From: Nemertoderma westbladi
Lineage: Eukaryota; Animalia; Xenacoelomorpha
DNA length: 64,000 nucleotides
Direction: 5' to 3'
NCBI GenBank assembly: GCA_032718475.1
Contig: JAUCBJ010000877.1
Span: 196,109-260,108 of the forward strand
This document shows positions 11,870 through 23,752 of the stretch, piece after piece. The notes beneath the pieces were generated by a model, which was given only the letters and a program-made list of their open reading frames with translations, was not told where the DNA came from and made no database searches. Made by a program: the position numbers and the translations under genes. Each line of letters opens with the position of its first letter. The first letter of the stretch is position 1.

Positions 11870-12700
11870 ACTTCTATGGTCTCTACTCTCTTACTGCTAA
11901 CTCTACTGACCCACTAGCTCTACTAACTCTACACCACTAGCTCTGCTAACCTCCTAGCTCTCTAACTCTACTGACTCTCTAACTTCTACTACTAACTCTA
12001 ACTCCGCTACTAACTCTCTACTAAGTCTACTCCACTAGCTCTACTAACTCTGCTAACTCCATTTACTCTCTATTAACTCTCCAACTCTCTAACTTTCTAC
12101 TTCTGCCAACTCTACTGACTCTCTACCTCTGCTGACTCTACTAACTTTCTAACTAACGGCACTACGTACCCTCTTACTACTTCTACTAACTCCTCTAGCT
12201 AACGGCACTACGTACCCTCTTACTATCCCTACTAACTCCTCTAGCTAACGGTACTACATACCCTCTTACTACCCCTACTACTCCTCTAGCTAACGGTACT
12301 ACGTACCCTCTTCCTCTACATCTACTTCCTCTACTCTATCTACATCTTATCTCCTCTACGTCTCCTCGCCTGCACGTGACGCTCTGAGTGCCGGCAAAGT
12401 GGGTATGTTAATTGTGTGGTCTATTACAACCAGTACCTACGTACCCTCTTACTACGTCTATCTGCATGGCGCTTGCGGTGCCCACAACCACGAACGGTAC
12501 TACGTACCCTCTTACTACGTCTATCTGCATGGCGCTTACGGTGCCCACAACCACAAACGGTACTACGTACCCTCTTACTACGTCTATCTGCATGGCGCTT
12601 ACGGTGCCCACAACCACAAACGGTACTACGTACCCTCTTACTACGTCTATCTGCATGGCGCTTACGGTGCCCACAACCACTCTACTACTACCTCTACTCT
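11870..12700. repeat. Internal tandem repeats of BEL-A: CTAACTCTA-type low complexity, ~42-bp units, then 4 x 63-bp units
   Basis: TACGTACCCTCTTACTACGTCTATCTGCATGGCGCTT...CCCACAACCAC repeats with period 63 at about 12432-12680; related shorter units at 12150-12315. Confidence 0.92.
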
Positions 12701-15524
12701 GCTAATACTAACCCTAATTAACATACCCTACTCTTAAATCAAACACGTCATCACGCACGTGCCCTACTTATTCAACGCACCCCTGTACCCTTCTCATCTC
12801 TCCCATCTTCCTCCTCTAGCTCACCCTACTTGTTTCCTCTAGCTTGTTCTCTTGTTCCTGTATGTTCTTGGTTGTTTATACTGCGGATATTTTGTAATGG
12901 GGGAATGTCACCCTGTCCCCCCCCACCAGTGTAATGTTTGGTACTGGGGTTGATGTTAATATATTGGGGCCCATCCATCTATCTGCAATATCCCCTTCAA
13001 CCTGGTCTATGTTATGTCCCTGTGTATTATAGTCATGCTGCCGTACTGATATAGGCCTACCCACTTCTTGCCTACCTACCGGTATGTACTCCGCGACTTC
13101 CGGGTTTAATCCCGTCGTCCGCGCTACCCTATCGCCTATTCTATCTCTCCCAGCATGGCCTATAATAGTATGTGCAGTAAGGCCTACAGTATGTCCTGCA
13201 GTCTGCATGTGCCCTTCCGAACCGAAGTTTAATTCTCTCAAATCTCGAATCTCCCCGTGACTACCGTACTCTCGATCGGCAGCTACATATTCCCCACTGC
13301 TGGCTGATGAACCTGTGAGCCGCTAATAACGCGTAGCTCCCGCCCTTCCCGAACCCATGATAATAAAGTTGAATAGATCTTAGAATGATGTTGTTATGCA
13401 TAAGTGAGTTTTATGGGCCGGTCTGTGAGTGACTGATGTTGAATGTCTGAAAAGGCAGAAACTACGGTAGAAGCAATGGCACGCTGTCAGGTACACTGCA
13501 GAAGGAATAATGCAGAGGTTGAGAAACGCCCGGCCTTATAGGTTCTGGCGGTAGAACCGTTAGCGAATGGGAGACAACAGCCACTCACAGAGCGCGGTAT
13601 GATATACACCTATAAATAGCACCCAATCATGACACAGTAATACCATGGCTACGCTACACCTACTGTAAGGGCCGGTGGCAATGCTGTAATAGGTGAAGCG
13701 GCCGAAATGGTAGAACTATTGGTATTGTGGGTAGTTAAATGGGGAAAGAGAGATGAGGGAATATTGGAAATTGAAGCCCCTACCCATATAATGGTTCTTA
13801 TGGCCGGGATGGCTGGGCTACGGTCACACTCCCCCCTAAGGAATTTGAGAGGTTGCGGAACAACCTCGCAAATTTCCTTATACCCAAAAGACTTAGCCTG
13901 CTGGTTGACATGTTGCAGTTGAATGGACTATTCCCTCCCTTGGACATACTGCTGATAGTACTTACCCTTGGTTAACACTGACTAGACTTTGGGAGAATCC
14001 CTACTGTAGTCCCAAGGGGCAGATGGGTACATGTTCTCGCTTCGTCGGGGACTAGGCGATTACATTCTTGTTTCCTTACCTGTGGTGCTAGAGGCGCTAA
14101 CTTTACCTCGATTGCTAGGTAACGAAACTGCAGCCGGGCGCGCGGGTGTAACTGCGGAGCAGTACACCCTAGGTTACACTAACCATTTTTGCCAGCTGTG
14201 GAGCAGGCAAGAACAGGTACTACGACGGAGCCGATACCTATGACCTTACCTTGCTGAGTCAATGTCTCTTGATCTTCGCCAGAGGGGAGACACATCAAGC
14301 AACTTACCGCGTATCTTTGGCAAGCACTAGCGTGTCTGAGAGCTAAACGACGGATCGTCGCTCCTTGGTACATGAACAGGCGTGAATTCATGTACCCCAG
14401 ACTGCCTGTGAGAACTAAATGCGCTTTTTAGCCCACACAGAGAAATGTACATACTTCACTGTATGTACATCCCCAGTATTAGCGCCAAGCAGCGGAACTG
14501 CTAAGTCGCTAACTATGACCCATGTTGACGGAGCCAACATGGTGGTTTGCCGCCTTAGAATGATCCCGTTGTTAAAATGGGTTGTCAGTGGTCTCATGTC
14601 CATCAAATTCGCCCCTACCGTATTAGGTTTAATAAAGTAAGAAAATTTTAAGAACATGGAGCACTTTATTAATTTACAATAAACTATTGGTGGATGGTAT
14701 GACTAAATTTTACTATGCACAAATTTTGAATTTAATAGGGCATATCTTTCTCTTTAGGTCGAGCGCTCTAAGCTATATAACACTGATAGCCGACCCTTCA
14801 CGTTCTAGAACGGTAATTACATAAGTTGTCACGTAAACACGGTTTCACACTTTATAACATACATTTTGGACATTGCGGTGGGATAATCTTCAACCAGATA
14901 CGCGTAGAAAGTAGAACCCGCGTGTCATATCCTTTAGTTGATTGGCATTGGGAACCATAGCTATAATCTAAGCCAACAAGGCTTAACTCGCGATAACTCA
15001 GATTGTGCTAGCTATGGTTTGTATGTGACAAGGCAGTGTCTTGATGAGACTCAGATGTTAAATAGCGTGGCGCAATATTAATCCAATTCCTTGTCACAAT
15101 GAATAATAATGGTGGTTGGTGGTGCTAATATAGGTTTCACTTAGCCTAAGAAGAATGCTATCCTAGTAATAGCCTACATACGTTGCGCGTAATGTGCCTA
15201 TAAGTAAGAGGCACAGACCTATATTACACTATAGAAGTTTGCTATAATTATACATAGTGCTAGGTACATAATTAATTAGAAATAGAAGAGTTAGGGCTAA
15301 TTAACAAATGACATTGTTAATTAGAGTGGCGCTATGCCGTAGAGCGCGGAGCCCTCTACAAACATAGCTTTTAGGGGTAGCCTCGCTCACCGATTGCGGC
15401 ACAATCGGATAGGCATATCCCTGCGGTGGAATATTCAAGTGCACACTGACAGCTGTGCCTCCCGTGGTGGGTTTGCCCTTTACAGGGTTTACCACGCGTC
15501 CTAGAGACCCAGTCAGTTTTTAGT

Positions 15525-15930
15525 TACTGAAGACTACGGAGTAATCCTAGTAACATTAGCTGTCTATGGAATAGACATAGTTGAGCTGTCCCGGAGTGGA
15601 CATTATAGTACTAGCAGCCTATAAAGCAGGCCTAGCTACATCGTCTACGGAGTAGACATAAGGTTGTCCATTAAGTGGACATAAGTAAGTGGTCTACAGA
15701 ATAGACCTAAAGCTATCCACGGAGTGGATGTAAGTAAGCGATCTATGGAATAGATCTAAAGCTAAAGCTGTCCACGGAGTGGACCTAAGTACACAGTCTA
15801 CGGGGTAGACCTATGTTGTCCTTTAAATAGGCACATAAAGCTGTCCATAGAGAGGACATTAAGTTGAGTTTATTAAGTCTATTGAATAGACATAAAGGAG
15901 AGTTTGTTAAAGTCTACGGAGTAGACATTG
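15525..15930. repeat. Array of about 15 short palindromes (GTCYAY-NNN-RTRGAC), ~25-nt period
   Basis: Examples: GTCTATGGAATAGAC, GTCTACGGAGTAGAC, GTCCACGGAGTGGAC, GATCTATGGAATAGATC, ATCCACGGAGTGGAT. Confidence 0.88.
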
Positions 15931-16059
15931 AGTTTATGATAATCCACTGGTGGATATCATCCTTCGCACCAGTTGTCGATATCTGCTGTCGATGCGAAGT
16001 TGAGAGGATTTTGGTTTTTTGCCACCCATCCTCCCCCCAGACGGCTGCCCCGTCTTTAA

Positions 16060-19000
16060 TTAGGGCGCGCATTCCAATAGGCAGCAGTTGCCTATTGGTC
16101 GCTTGTAGGTGCGCTCAGCTCCGCTGCCAAGGCTGACCTCGACGGAACGCACTCGGCCGTCTGCGCCTGGGTAGCAGCGCACGATCCTGGCCATGCACCA
16201 GTCTTTCTTGAGTAGGATATCATCGGTAACCAGTATGAGGTCGCCCGGTTTGAGGTCCCTCTGCTCCGTCCTCCACTTTCGTCGCTTGTGGAGAGTGGGT
16301 ATGTATTCTTGTACCCACCGACGTTGATACTCGTCCGCGAGCGCTTGTACCACCCGCCAGGACTTGCGTGAATAGAGTTCATTAGGGTCCCACTCCCCCC
16401 GTCGCATCATCTGAGCTGGTCGTCGCAACAGTAGATGGTTGGGTGTGAGAACCTCGAGTGACATTGGGTCGTCATTGAGCGCGCAGAGTGGTCTGCTGTT
16501 CATAATTTGTTCGCCCTCTGCAAAGACAGTGCGGAGCACGTCCTCCGTGACGATGTGCCCTCTGAGTAGTGCCAGCATCAGGCGTTTGGAACTTCCAATG
16601 AGACGTTCCCAAACTCCGGCGGTGTGTGGTGCATAGGGCGTAGTGTGTACCCAGTCCACACCTTCGCGGCGCATTGCAAGAGCCACTTCCTTGGCATTGA
16701 AGGTACACCTGGCTTCTTTGAGCTCCGCCTCTGCACCGATGAAATTTCCCCCATTATCGGAAGCCATGCGCTTGATCTTTCCACATCGATTGATGAAGCG
16801 TCGAAGGGCGTTGATGAAAGCGCTGGCCGAGGCGTCGACTGCAAGTTCCAAGGCGATGGCTCGGGTATTGTAGCAAACGAAAATGATGCCGTACGATTTC
16901 CGCTGCTGTCGATAAACCTTTACCACTGTCGGCCCGAACATATCAGTTCCTGTATAGGTAAATGGTGGTTCATACTCTATTGTTCGTTCGGGTGGAAGCG
17001 GCGCCATCACTTGGGTTACTCGTTCTTTCCGCACTAAACGGCAGGTAGAACAAGAGTTTATAGTCTGTTTGATTGATCGGCGCACCGCTGGAATCCAGTA
17101 CGTGCGTCTCACGTAAGCAAGAGTTGCGTCAGTACCCCCATGCATCACCCGCTGGTGACTATCGTTGATGATCTGCTGCGTCACTGGGCTCTGCCGCGGT
17201 AGTATTACGGGCTTGCTTGGAATTATCTGACATCCTGCCCGTCGTACTCGTGAGTCCATGACCAGGACTCCTTCCTGGTTTAGTGTTGGTGACAACGATT
17301 TGATTAGGCTATCCATCGGAATGGGTTTCCCAGATGCTAACCGTCCTATCTCCTGTGTGTATGCCAGTCGCTGGACATACTTAATGACAGCCACCTTGGC
17401 TCCCTTCCAGTCTATAATGGGCTTGTCTCCAGTACGCCCTTGTCTGATATAGGCGAACCAGGCCCTGAAGTAGGCTGCCAGCTTCACAGTCTTATACCAT
17501 GAAGAGCTATGACTCAAGAGTTTTCCTGTTGGTGTCATCAGTGTACTAGTAGTAGCGAAGCACACGGTCTCCACCTTGACCTCTGGATCTTCTGGGTCTA
17601 ACTTGGGAGATTGACCTTTGTCCAGGAATTCCGGCCACTTCCCCTCATCACGGAGAAAAGAGGGTCCATGCTGCCAGAGCGTCTCCAACTCCTTAGATGG
17701 GACTTTGAGGGTTCCCCGGGACACTAGGTCGGCTGGGTTCTGGTCTGTCAGGCAGAAGTGCCACTTATTAAGGTTGGGCGTGGCACGTATCTCGTCCACT
17801 CTATGAGCAACGAAAACTTTGAATCTTCGTGATTCATTTTGAATGTAGCGAAGCACAACAGTGGAATCCGTCCAATACTTTACTTCTCGCTCATTCTTAA
17901 GAGCTTTTCGTACTTGTTGAGCTGCGCGTGTGGCCATAAGTGCAGCCATCAGCTCTAATCGCGGGATTGTCACTAGTTTTAGTGGAGCAGTTCTGGCCTT
18001 ACTGAAGATCAGACGTGGTTGCAGGTTGTTCTCTCCTCCTTGAACCACGTATATCACGGCCCCATATCCCTTAGTCGATGCGTCTGAGAAGGCATGCAGG
18101 ACCACTTCGGACATATTCCCATCCGAGAAGTACGGTCGCAGTATACTTAGCCTTCTAGTATCCTTGAGAACTTCGAGCCAAGCTCTCCACTTGATTTTGA
18201 GCTGTTCTTGGAGTTCCTCATCCCATCTGAACTTCCCCAGATATGCTTTGCGAAGGATATGCCTTCCCACCACCAGGTTAGGTGATGCTAACCCTATGGG
18301 GTCATACATCCTCGCGATGTATGATAGGTAATTCCGTAATGTATGCTTTGTCATAGCTGTCTCGTTGAAGATATACACGAGATTATCGTTGATCCTATCC
18401 CATGAAATCCCAAGCACTCTGGCCTCAGGCTCTGCCGAAGCCTCCGTCAATATCCGGTTGACTTCCCCTGAGGCTGCGTCTGGCTGGCTCCTACCCTCCG
18501 CTAGAGGTTGTAGGCTTATAGGAGCCATGTTCTCACTTTGTTTGAGAAGGCCTGTGGATTTATCCTCTGGGGCCATCTCGGCGTCAAATTCGGGACAATT
18601 CGACTTGAACTGCCTCAGCCAGAATCCTCCCCGCCGTAGAATCTCTACCGCTTCCTTCGCTAGGCTGAGGATTTGTTCAGTCGAGTTGGCTGATTGCAGA
18701 CCATCGTCTACATAGAAGTTCTCCCTAATCATGCGGATTACCTCTTGTGAGAATTCGATGAGAACATTCTTGTCAAAGGTGGTTTGCCGTAGTTTATCTG
18801 TGGCGATGAACGGCGAACACTTGGCGCCAAAGATGTGGACCAACATCTTGAATTTCTTTGGCACCTCGTTCGGGTTATCGCTGTCGTGCCAGAGGAATCG
18901 GAGGCTATCGCTGTCCTCCTGATAGACCCGAACTTGGTGGAACATGGCCTCCACATCGCATGTGAAGGCCTTGGTTCCCTCTCTGAACCTCATGAGCACA

Positions 19001-20444
19001 TCTGCTCCTGTATTATAAATGTTGGGCCCCTCATGGAGATAGTCGTTCAGCGACTTCCCATGGTATTTGGCTGCAGCGTCGTTAACCAACCGGAGTTTAT
19101 TGTTCTTCTTCACATCTACGGCGACATGAAGGGGTAAGTAATAGGTTCGAGTGGTATTGGGTTCCTGGTTCGCTAGCTGGACTGCCCACCCTCGATCTAG
19201 ATACTTCTGAATGGTTCGATGAACAAACTGTTTCTTTCGCTCATCTCGGTTGAGCGTTACCTTGAATTTGCGTAGGCGCTCTACTGCCATGGATTCATTG
19301 TTAGGTAACTGCCCATTCGGGTCTTTCCACAGCATTCTTGCTGTGTAGTGGCCATCTCGAAAGATGGTTGAATTTGTTAGTGCCTTGGTTGCTCTAACGT
19401 CCTCCTGGGATTGGCCAAGCGTCAGTTCATACAACCCTTCGCTATCCAGGTTGAAGAGGGTTGCTAGGTCTTGTGCCACCGTAGTGCCACTTGAGATCCC
19501 GGCTGTGTCAGTTGGGGTATAAGTGAGTTCATGGGATGTGATTGGTCTAGCTGGGCCCGGTTTTACTGATTTAATGATGTGGTTAGCAGTAACAGCCTCT
19601 GTCGGGTTTGATATAGACGGTACCTTAGCCACCTTGCCAAGTAATACCCAACCCAGGGGTGTTCGTACAGCCTGGGGCTGATTTCTACCTGGACCCTGAA
19701 CTATCTCCAGCTCTGCATGTACCGGGAGACAGCACATCCCCAGCACCATGGTGACATATGGAAGATCCAATGGCGGAAGAGAGAAGTCGATGCCGTCCAG
19801 GTATGAGTACTGGGCTATCTCCTCCATTGTTGCTCTTTCGGCGGGAACGTTTACCTCGTCTATCACACGTACTGCTGGGCACTTAATTGAGAACTCAGGC
19901 CCTGGCATAATAGAACTAACTGTACATTCCCCAACCGGCATGTTTATCTCCTGGTTCTTTAATGCAATAGTGCTTATATGCACGGTCTCTGGCTGTGTTG
20001 CAATATGCAACTGTTTCCGAACGACTTCACCTTGGATGTCGATTCCAGCACCGTTATCGACTAGTGCTAGGGTTGTCAGTGACCGTTTCCTCGATCCTGT
20101 CACTCTAACAGGAAGTATCTTAAGATACGTTGTCTCTCCATAATATCGATCCTGGAGAGATAAAGTGTTTATCACGCCTGTAGCCCCGGATTCAGCAGAT
20201 TTCCCAGACTTTGCAGGCGCATAGGGACAGTTCGTTGAAAAGTGGCCTGTGGTCACACAATGCTTGCATGTACCATGATGCTTGTGGTAATTCCACTTGT
20301 CCTGTTGGCTTTGTGCTTGCCACACCCTGCAAGTTCTAGTAGGGTGACCTTTGTTTCTGAAATGGATCTGGCAGTCCACCTCGTCGCTGTAATCTAAGGT
20401 TCCTATGTCCCAGTAAGGTGTAAATGGAGTAAACCGCTCCGATT
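16060..20444 (-). CDS. pol: BEL/Pao polyprotein: Zn knuckles, protease, RT, RNase H, integrase
   Basis: CKHCVTTGHFSTNC knuckle, ALVDNGA protease, DVEAMFHQV and FYVDD (RT), HAFSDAS, TIPRLEL and NPADLVSRG (Pao RNase H region), HHCC zinc finger, TDMFGP, SDNGGNF, GVWERL (integrase). Confidence 0.96.
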
Positions 20445-23003
20445 GTTTATATGTTTATATGTTTCACCAATATTTGGTCTATACATTCCTAGGCCCCCTG
20501 GGCCCCTTGCCATGTCCTTACCCCCAACATTATTATATGCAGGTTTATCAGTTTCCCTACTGGGGTAAGATAGCCTAGGTAAAGTATCATAATGTGGACC
20601 TACGGGGCTATGAATAGTTTCATTAGACCCCCTTTGGGTGTATGTCCCTGATGAAGTTGGGTTGTATGAAGGGCTTGCTGTTACTGGTAAATATTCTCTT
20701 ATATTACTATTGTAATACACATTATCATCCCTAGGCCTCCATAGGGGTACTCGCGGTACCGGTACATTCGCAATGGAGTCTGCATGTCGAACGTCCGATA
20801 AATTAAGTCGACCCCCTTCTGGAACTCTCGGCGGTCTATAATCACTCGCATTGGGGTTTAGGGTTGTTTGTTTATCTATGTCCGGCACTACTGTAGCTTG
20901 TTCTTGCTGGTCTACTGACTGATAGCCTACAGTAGCTGGCTGGCCTAGCCTACATAACGGATCGACGAGTTCATCCGAAGAGCGATCCTCCTGAGCCCTC
21001 GTCGCCCGCTCAGACTCGCCAGATTGCGTAAGTTGGCCAGTTCTTGCCCCCGGACATCCTTCGTAGTAGACTTCCTCCACTTTGCTACTGACTCGAACCG
21101 ACGTGCGATCTCCCGAGTCTCGCAATCGCTCCTCCCGATCCGACTCTTCGCGTGAAGCGATTTGATTACCACAGTACAACCTACTGCCGCTTGGCGGCAC
21201 TGCAATGTCGTCTGTGTTATGTGTGGGTTGGTGTGAGTCACTGTCTATGTTATTAGACAGGACTGGTGCCTCCACATTACTTTGTATTATTATTGGTGCA
21301 ATTATATTAGCGTTTTTATTAGAATTTGCATTATATTGCAATAAATCAATATTTGGTGTTAAATTGTTATTTAAATTTCCATTTAAATTAATACAATTAT
21401 CAGTATCTCGGCTCATCAGCCTTATACTGTCTCCTTCAGAGACTCCCTGTACTAACCCCTGTGTTGCAGGTAACCTGGCCGATGTCTGAACGGCTTGCCG
21501 CTGTACAAGGTATGTCGGCCGACGGCCTGCTGTCTGGTCTATGTCAACCAGTTGGGTTTGTTTATTTAATAGATTTAAATTATTAAATTCTATGGGTTTA
21601 TTTAATTCAACCCGATTATTTGTTTGCTTGCGGGCTGCGGCAACCTGCGCCAGACCGCACGGCACTGAGACACTTTGACTAACCTGGGTAGGGCGGGACA
21701 CTGAACTACCATTCTCAGAGGCTGCTCGTAGACTAACTAACCGTTTTTGCTGTCGGGCCTCTAATTGTTGTTTCCTATTTTTCGCTAACCTGCGGGCCCT
21801 AACCCTTCTAGCCTTCTCTTCCCTCTCTAACTCCTGTTCTAGGAGTTCACCCTCCAGTTCCCGTTGTTCTATAAGGAACTGGGCATGTAGTTCTTCCTCC
21901 CTTACCCCCCTAGATGAAGCTACCGACATGTAGTTTGAGCAAACTTGGCTCGAAATAAAAGTCCCCCGATTGGACTCAACCTGGGAAACTGAATCACTGG
22001 GTAGGAGCTCTGCTTCCGCTTCCCTCATCTCTCCCCCCAGTGGTACACTATCCCAATTTTTGGCGACAGCTGTCGCGGCTTCACCTACTACAACCTTACC
22101 AACCCTGTATATACCTACCAGTTTATGCGTAATATACAGTACAGTAAGTAAGTTGGCTATATGGTCCGTTATTTGGTCACTTGCCACCTCCTGCTGATAT
22201 TTATTGAGGTGCTCTATGTACAAGTTTACCTGCTCGACGGCCTCGTCAATGTTGAAGTTTAACGTACCCGTCTTGACCCCATCCTCCATACGGTCCCTAG
22301 CGCGTCTGTATTTCTGCGCCAGTTTCTCGACCTCACCTGTATCCCTAGAAGGAAGGGTCCCCTTCTCGATCGTAGATCGCGTTAGGCGTCGGGCGCGGGT
22401 GGGTTTAACGGGTGATCCAGTTCGTGTATCGCTCCGTGCTCCCCGCGGCTGCAATCGAACGACCGCGTCCTCGACCGTCGCTGCCCCCGCGGTGGCACCC
22501 GCAGGAGCACGTCTGTCGTCTGAATCGGAATGCTGCGGGCTCCCCCCATCAGGGCTCGGTGTCCTCGGCCGAACTGGGTGTTGCCCTGTTGTAGTTGGCA
22601 GTACCGGTCCAGTGCGCGAGTTCACCGCTGAACCGACGCGCCCTGGAACCGTGGATGTTTGGTTGATATCAGGTACATTGACTGACTCCGGTAAAACCGC
22701 CGAGTCAGAACATACCTCGGGTTGCGGGTCTCCTCCAATGGCCCCCTGGGAGCCGGGTTGATCCGCGTGGGATGAGTCTGACCATCCCTCGAACTGGCTG
22801 TCTGCTGAGCCGGTTGGAGTCCCGTCTAAGTGGGACGAATGTTCGGGGCCTACCGTACTGGCTGTGCCCCGCCGGGTTTCTCCTGGGATACCGGTACTCA
22901 TTATCGCTGCGGGACAACGTAGGTACTTAGCGCGGAGGCATTGGGCAGGGTACCGCACCGGTGACCGGTATGCTGGCTGTAAGCTGTTGTAATTGCTGAC
23001 CAC
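20403..23003 (-). CDS. gag: BEL-B gag-like N-terminal region; put out of frame with pol by an 8-bp duplication
   Basis: 866-aa ORF upstream of pol with LPSDSVSQV, a coiled coil and low-complexity sequence. Removing one GTTTATAT copy at 20445-20460 fuses it to the pol frame. Confidence 0.8.
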   Translation of the reverse strand: MVSNYNSLQPAYRSPVRYPAQCLRAKYLRCPAAIMSTGIPGETRRGTASTVGPEHSSHLDGTPTGSADSQFEGWSDSSHADQPGSQGAIGGDPQPEVCSDSAVLPESVNVPDINQTSTVPGRVGSAVNSRTGPVLPTTTGQHPVRPRTPSPDGGSPQHSDSDDRRAPAGATAGAATVEDAVVRLQPRGARSDTRTGSPVKPTRARRLTRSTIEKGTLPSRDTGEVEKLAQKYRRARDRMEDGVKTGTLNFNIDEAVEQVNLYIEHLNKYQQEVASDQITDHIANLLTVLYITHKLVGIYRVGKVVVGEAATAVAKNWDSVPLGGEMREAEAELLPSDSVSQVESNRGTFISSQVCSNYMSVASSRGVREEELHAQFLIEQRELEGELLEQELEREEKARRVRARRLAKNRKQQLEARQQKRLVSLRAASENGSSVSRPTQVSQSVSVPCGLAQVAAARKQTNNRVELNKPIEFNNLNLLNKQTQLVDIDQTAGRRPTYLVQRQAVQTSARLPATQGLVQGVSEGDSIRLMSRDTDNCINLNGNLNNNLTPNIDLLQYNANSNKNANIIAPIIIQSNVEAPVLSNNIDSDSHQPTHNTDDIAVPPSGSRLYCGNQIASREESDREERLRDSGDRTSVRVSSKVEEVYYEGCPGARTGQLTQSGESERATRAQEDRSSDELVDPLCRLGQPATVGYQSVDQQEQATVVPDIDKQTTLNPNASDYRPPRVPEGGRLNLSDVRHADSIANVPVPRVPLWRPRDDNVYYNSNIREYLPVTASPSYNPTSSGTYTQRGSNETIHSPVGPHYDTLPRLSYPSRETDKPAYNNVGGKDMARGPGGLGMYRPNIGETYKHINNRSGLLHLHLTGT

Positions 23004-23752
23004 GTACTGCCGTAGGGCTAGGCAACAGTTCGTAGGCCTACCCTACTACAACGACAGCGTTTTTTTTACCGTAATTACCGGTGACCGGACCGGTACGCAC
23101 TTACAGTTCTGTCGTTGATCGCTCCTTTTACTTTTACCTAGCTGGGTGCCTAGAGATGTTGAAGAAGCAGTTTTTAGCAGCCCTATCCGGACAATGCTTC
23201 TACTTTTATTCCCCACTGCTGGCTGATGAACCTGTGAGCCGCTAATAACGCGTAGCTCCCGCCCTTCCCGAACCCATGATAATAAAGTTGAATAGATCTT
23301 AGAATGATGTTGTTATGCATAAGTGAGTTTTATGGGCCGGTCTGTGAGTGACTGATGTTGAATGTCTGAAAAGGCAGAAACTACGGTAGAAGCAATGGCA
23401 CGCTGTCAGGTACACTGCAGAAGGAATAATGTAGAGGTTGAGAAACGCCCGGCCTTATAGGTTCTGGCGGTAGAACCGTTAGCGAATGGGAGACAACAGC
23501 CACTCACAGAGCGCGGTATGATATACACCTATAAATAGCACCCAATCATGACACAGTAATACCATGGCTACGCTACACCTACTGTAAGGGCCGGTGGCAA
23601 TGCTGTAATAGGTGAAGCGGCCGAAATGGTAGAACTATTGGTATTGTGGGTAGTTAAATGGGGAAAGAGAGATGAGGGAATATTGGAAATTGAAGCCCCT
23701 ACCCATATAATGGTTCTTATGGCCGGGATGGCTGGGCTACGGTCACACTACA

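Larger units (their letters stand above)
13288..23747 (-). mobile_element. BEL/Pao LTR retrotransposon (BEL-B) nested in BEL-A; very recent
   Basis: 541-bp LTRs 13288-13828 and 23207-23747 (one substitution noticed by eye), 5-bp TSD CTACA (13283-13287 and 23748-23752), PPT GGGGGGAG at 13829-13836, termini TG...TA. Confidence 0.96.

Noticed and set aside
12399-12737. Four overlapping repetitive ORFs
   Set aside because: Artefact of a stop-poor 63-bp tandem repeat.
15525-15930. CRISPR-like look of the palindrome array
   Set aside because: Units are degenerate, spacers are only about 10 nt and similar to each other, there are no cas genes, and the context is a eukaryotic retroelement.
20380-20460. 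Programmed -1 frameshift between gag and pol
   Set aside because: No canonical X XXY YYZ heptamer; the 8-bp duplication explains the shift fully.
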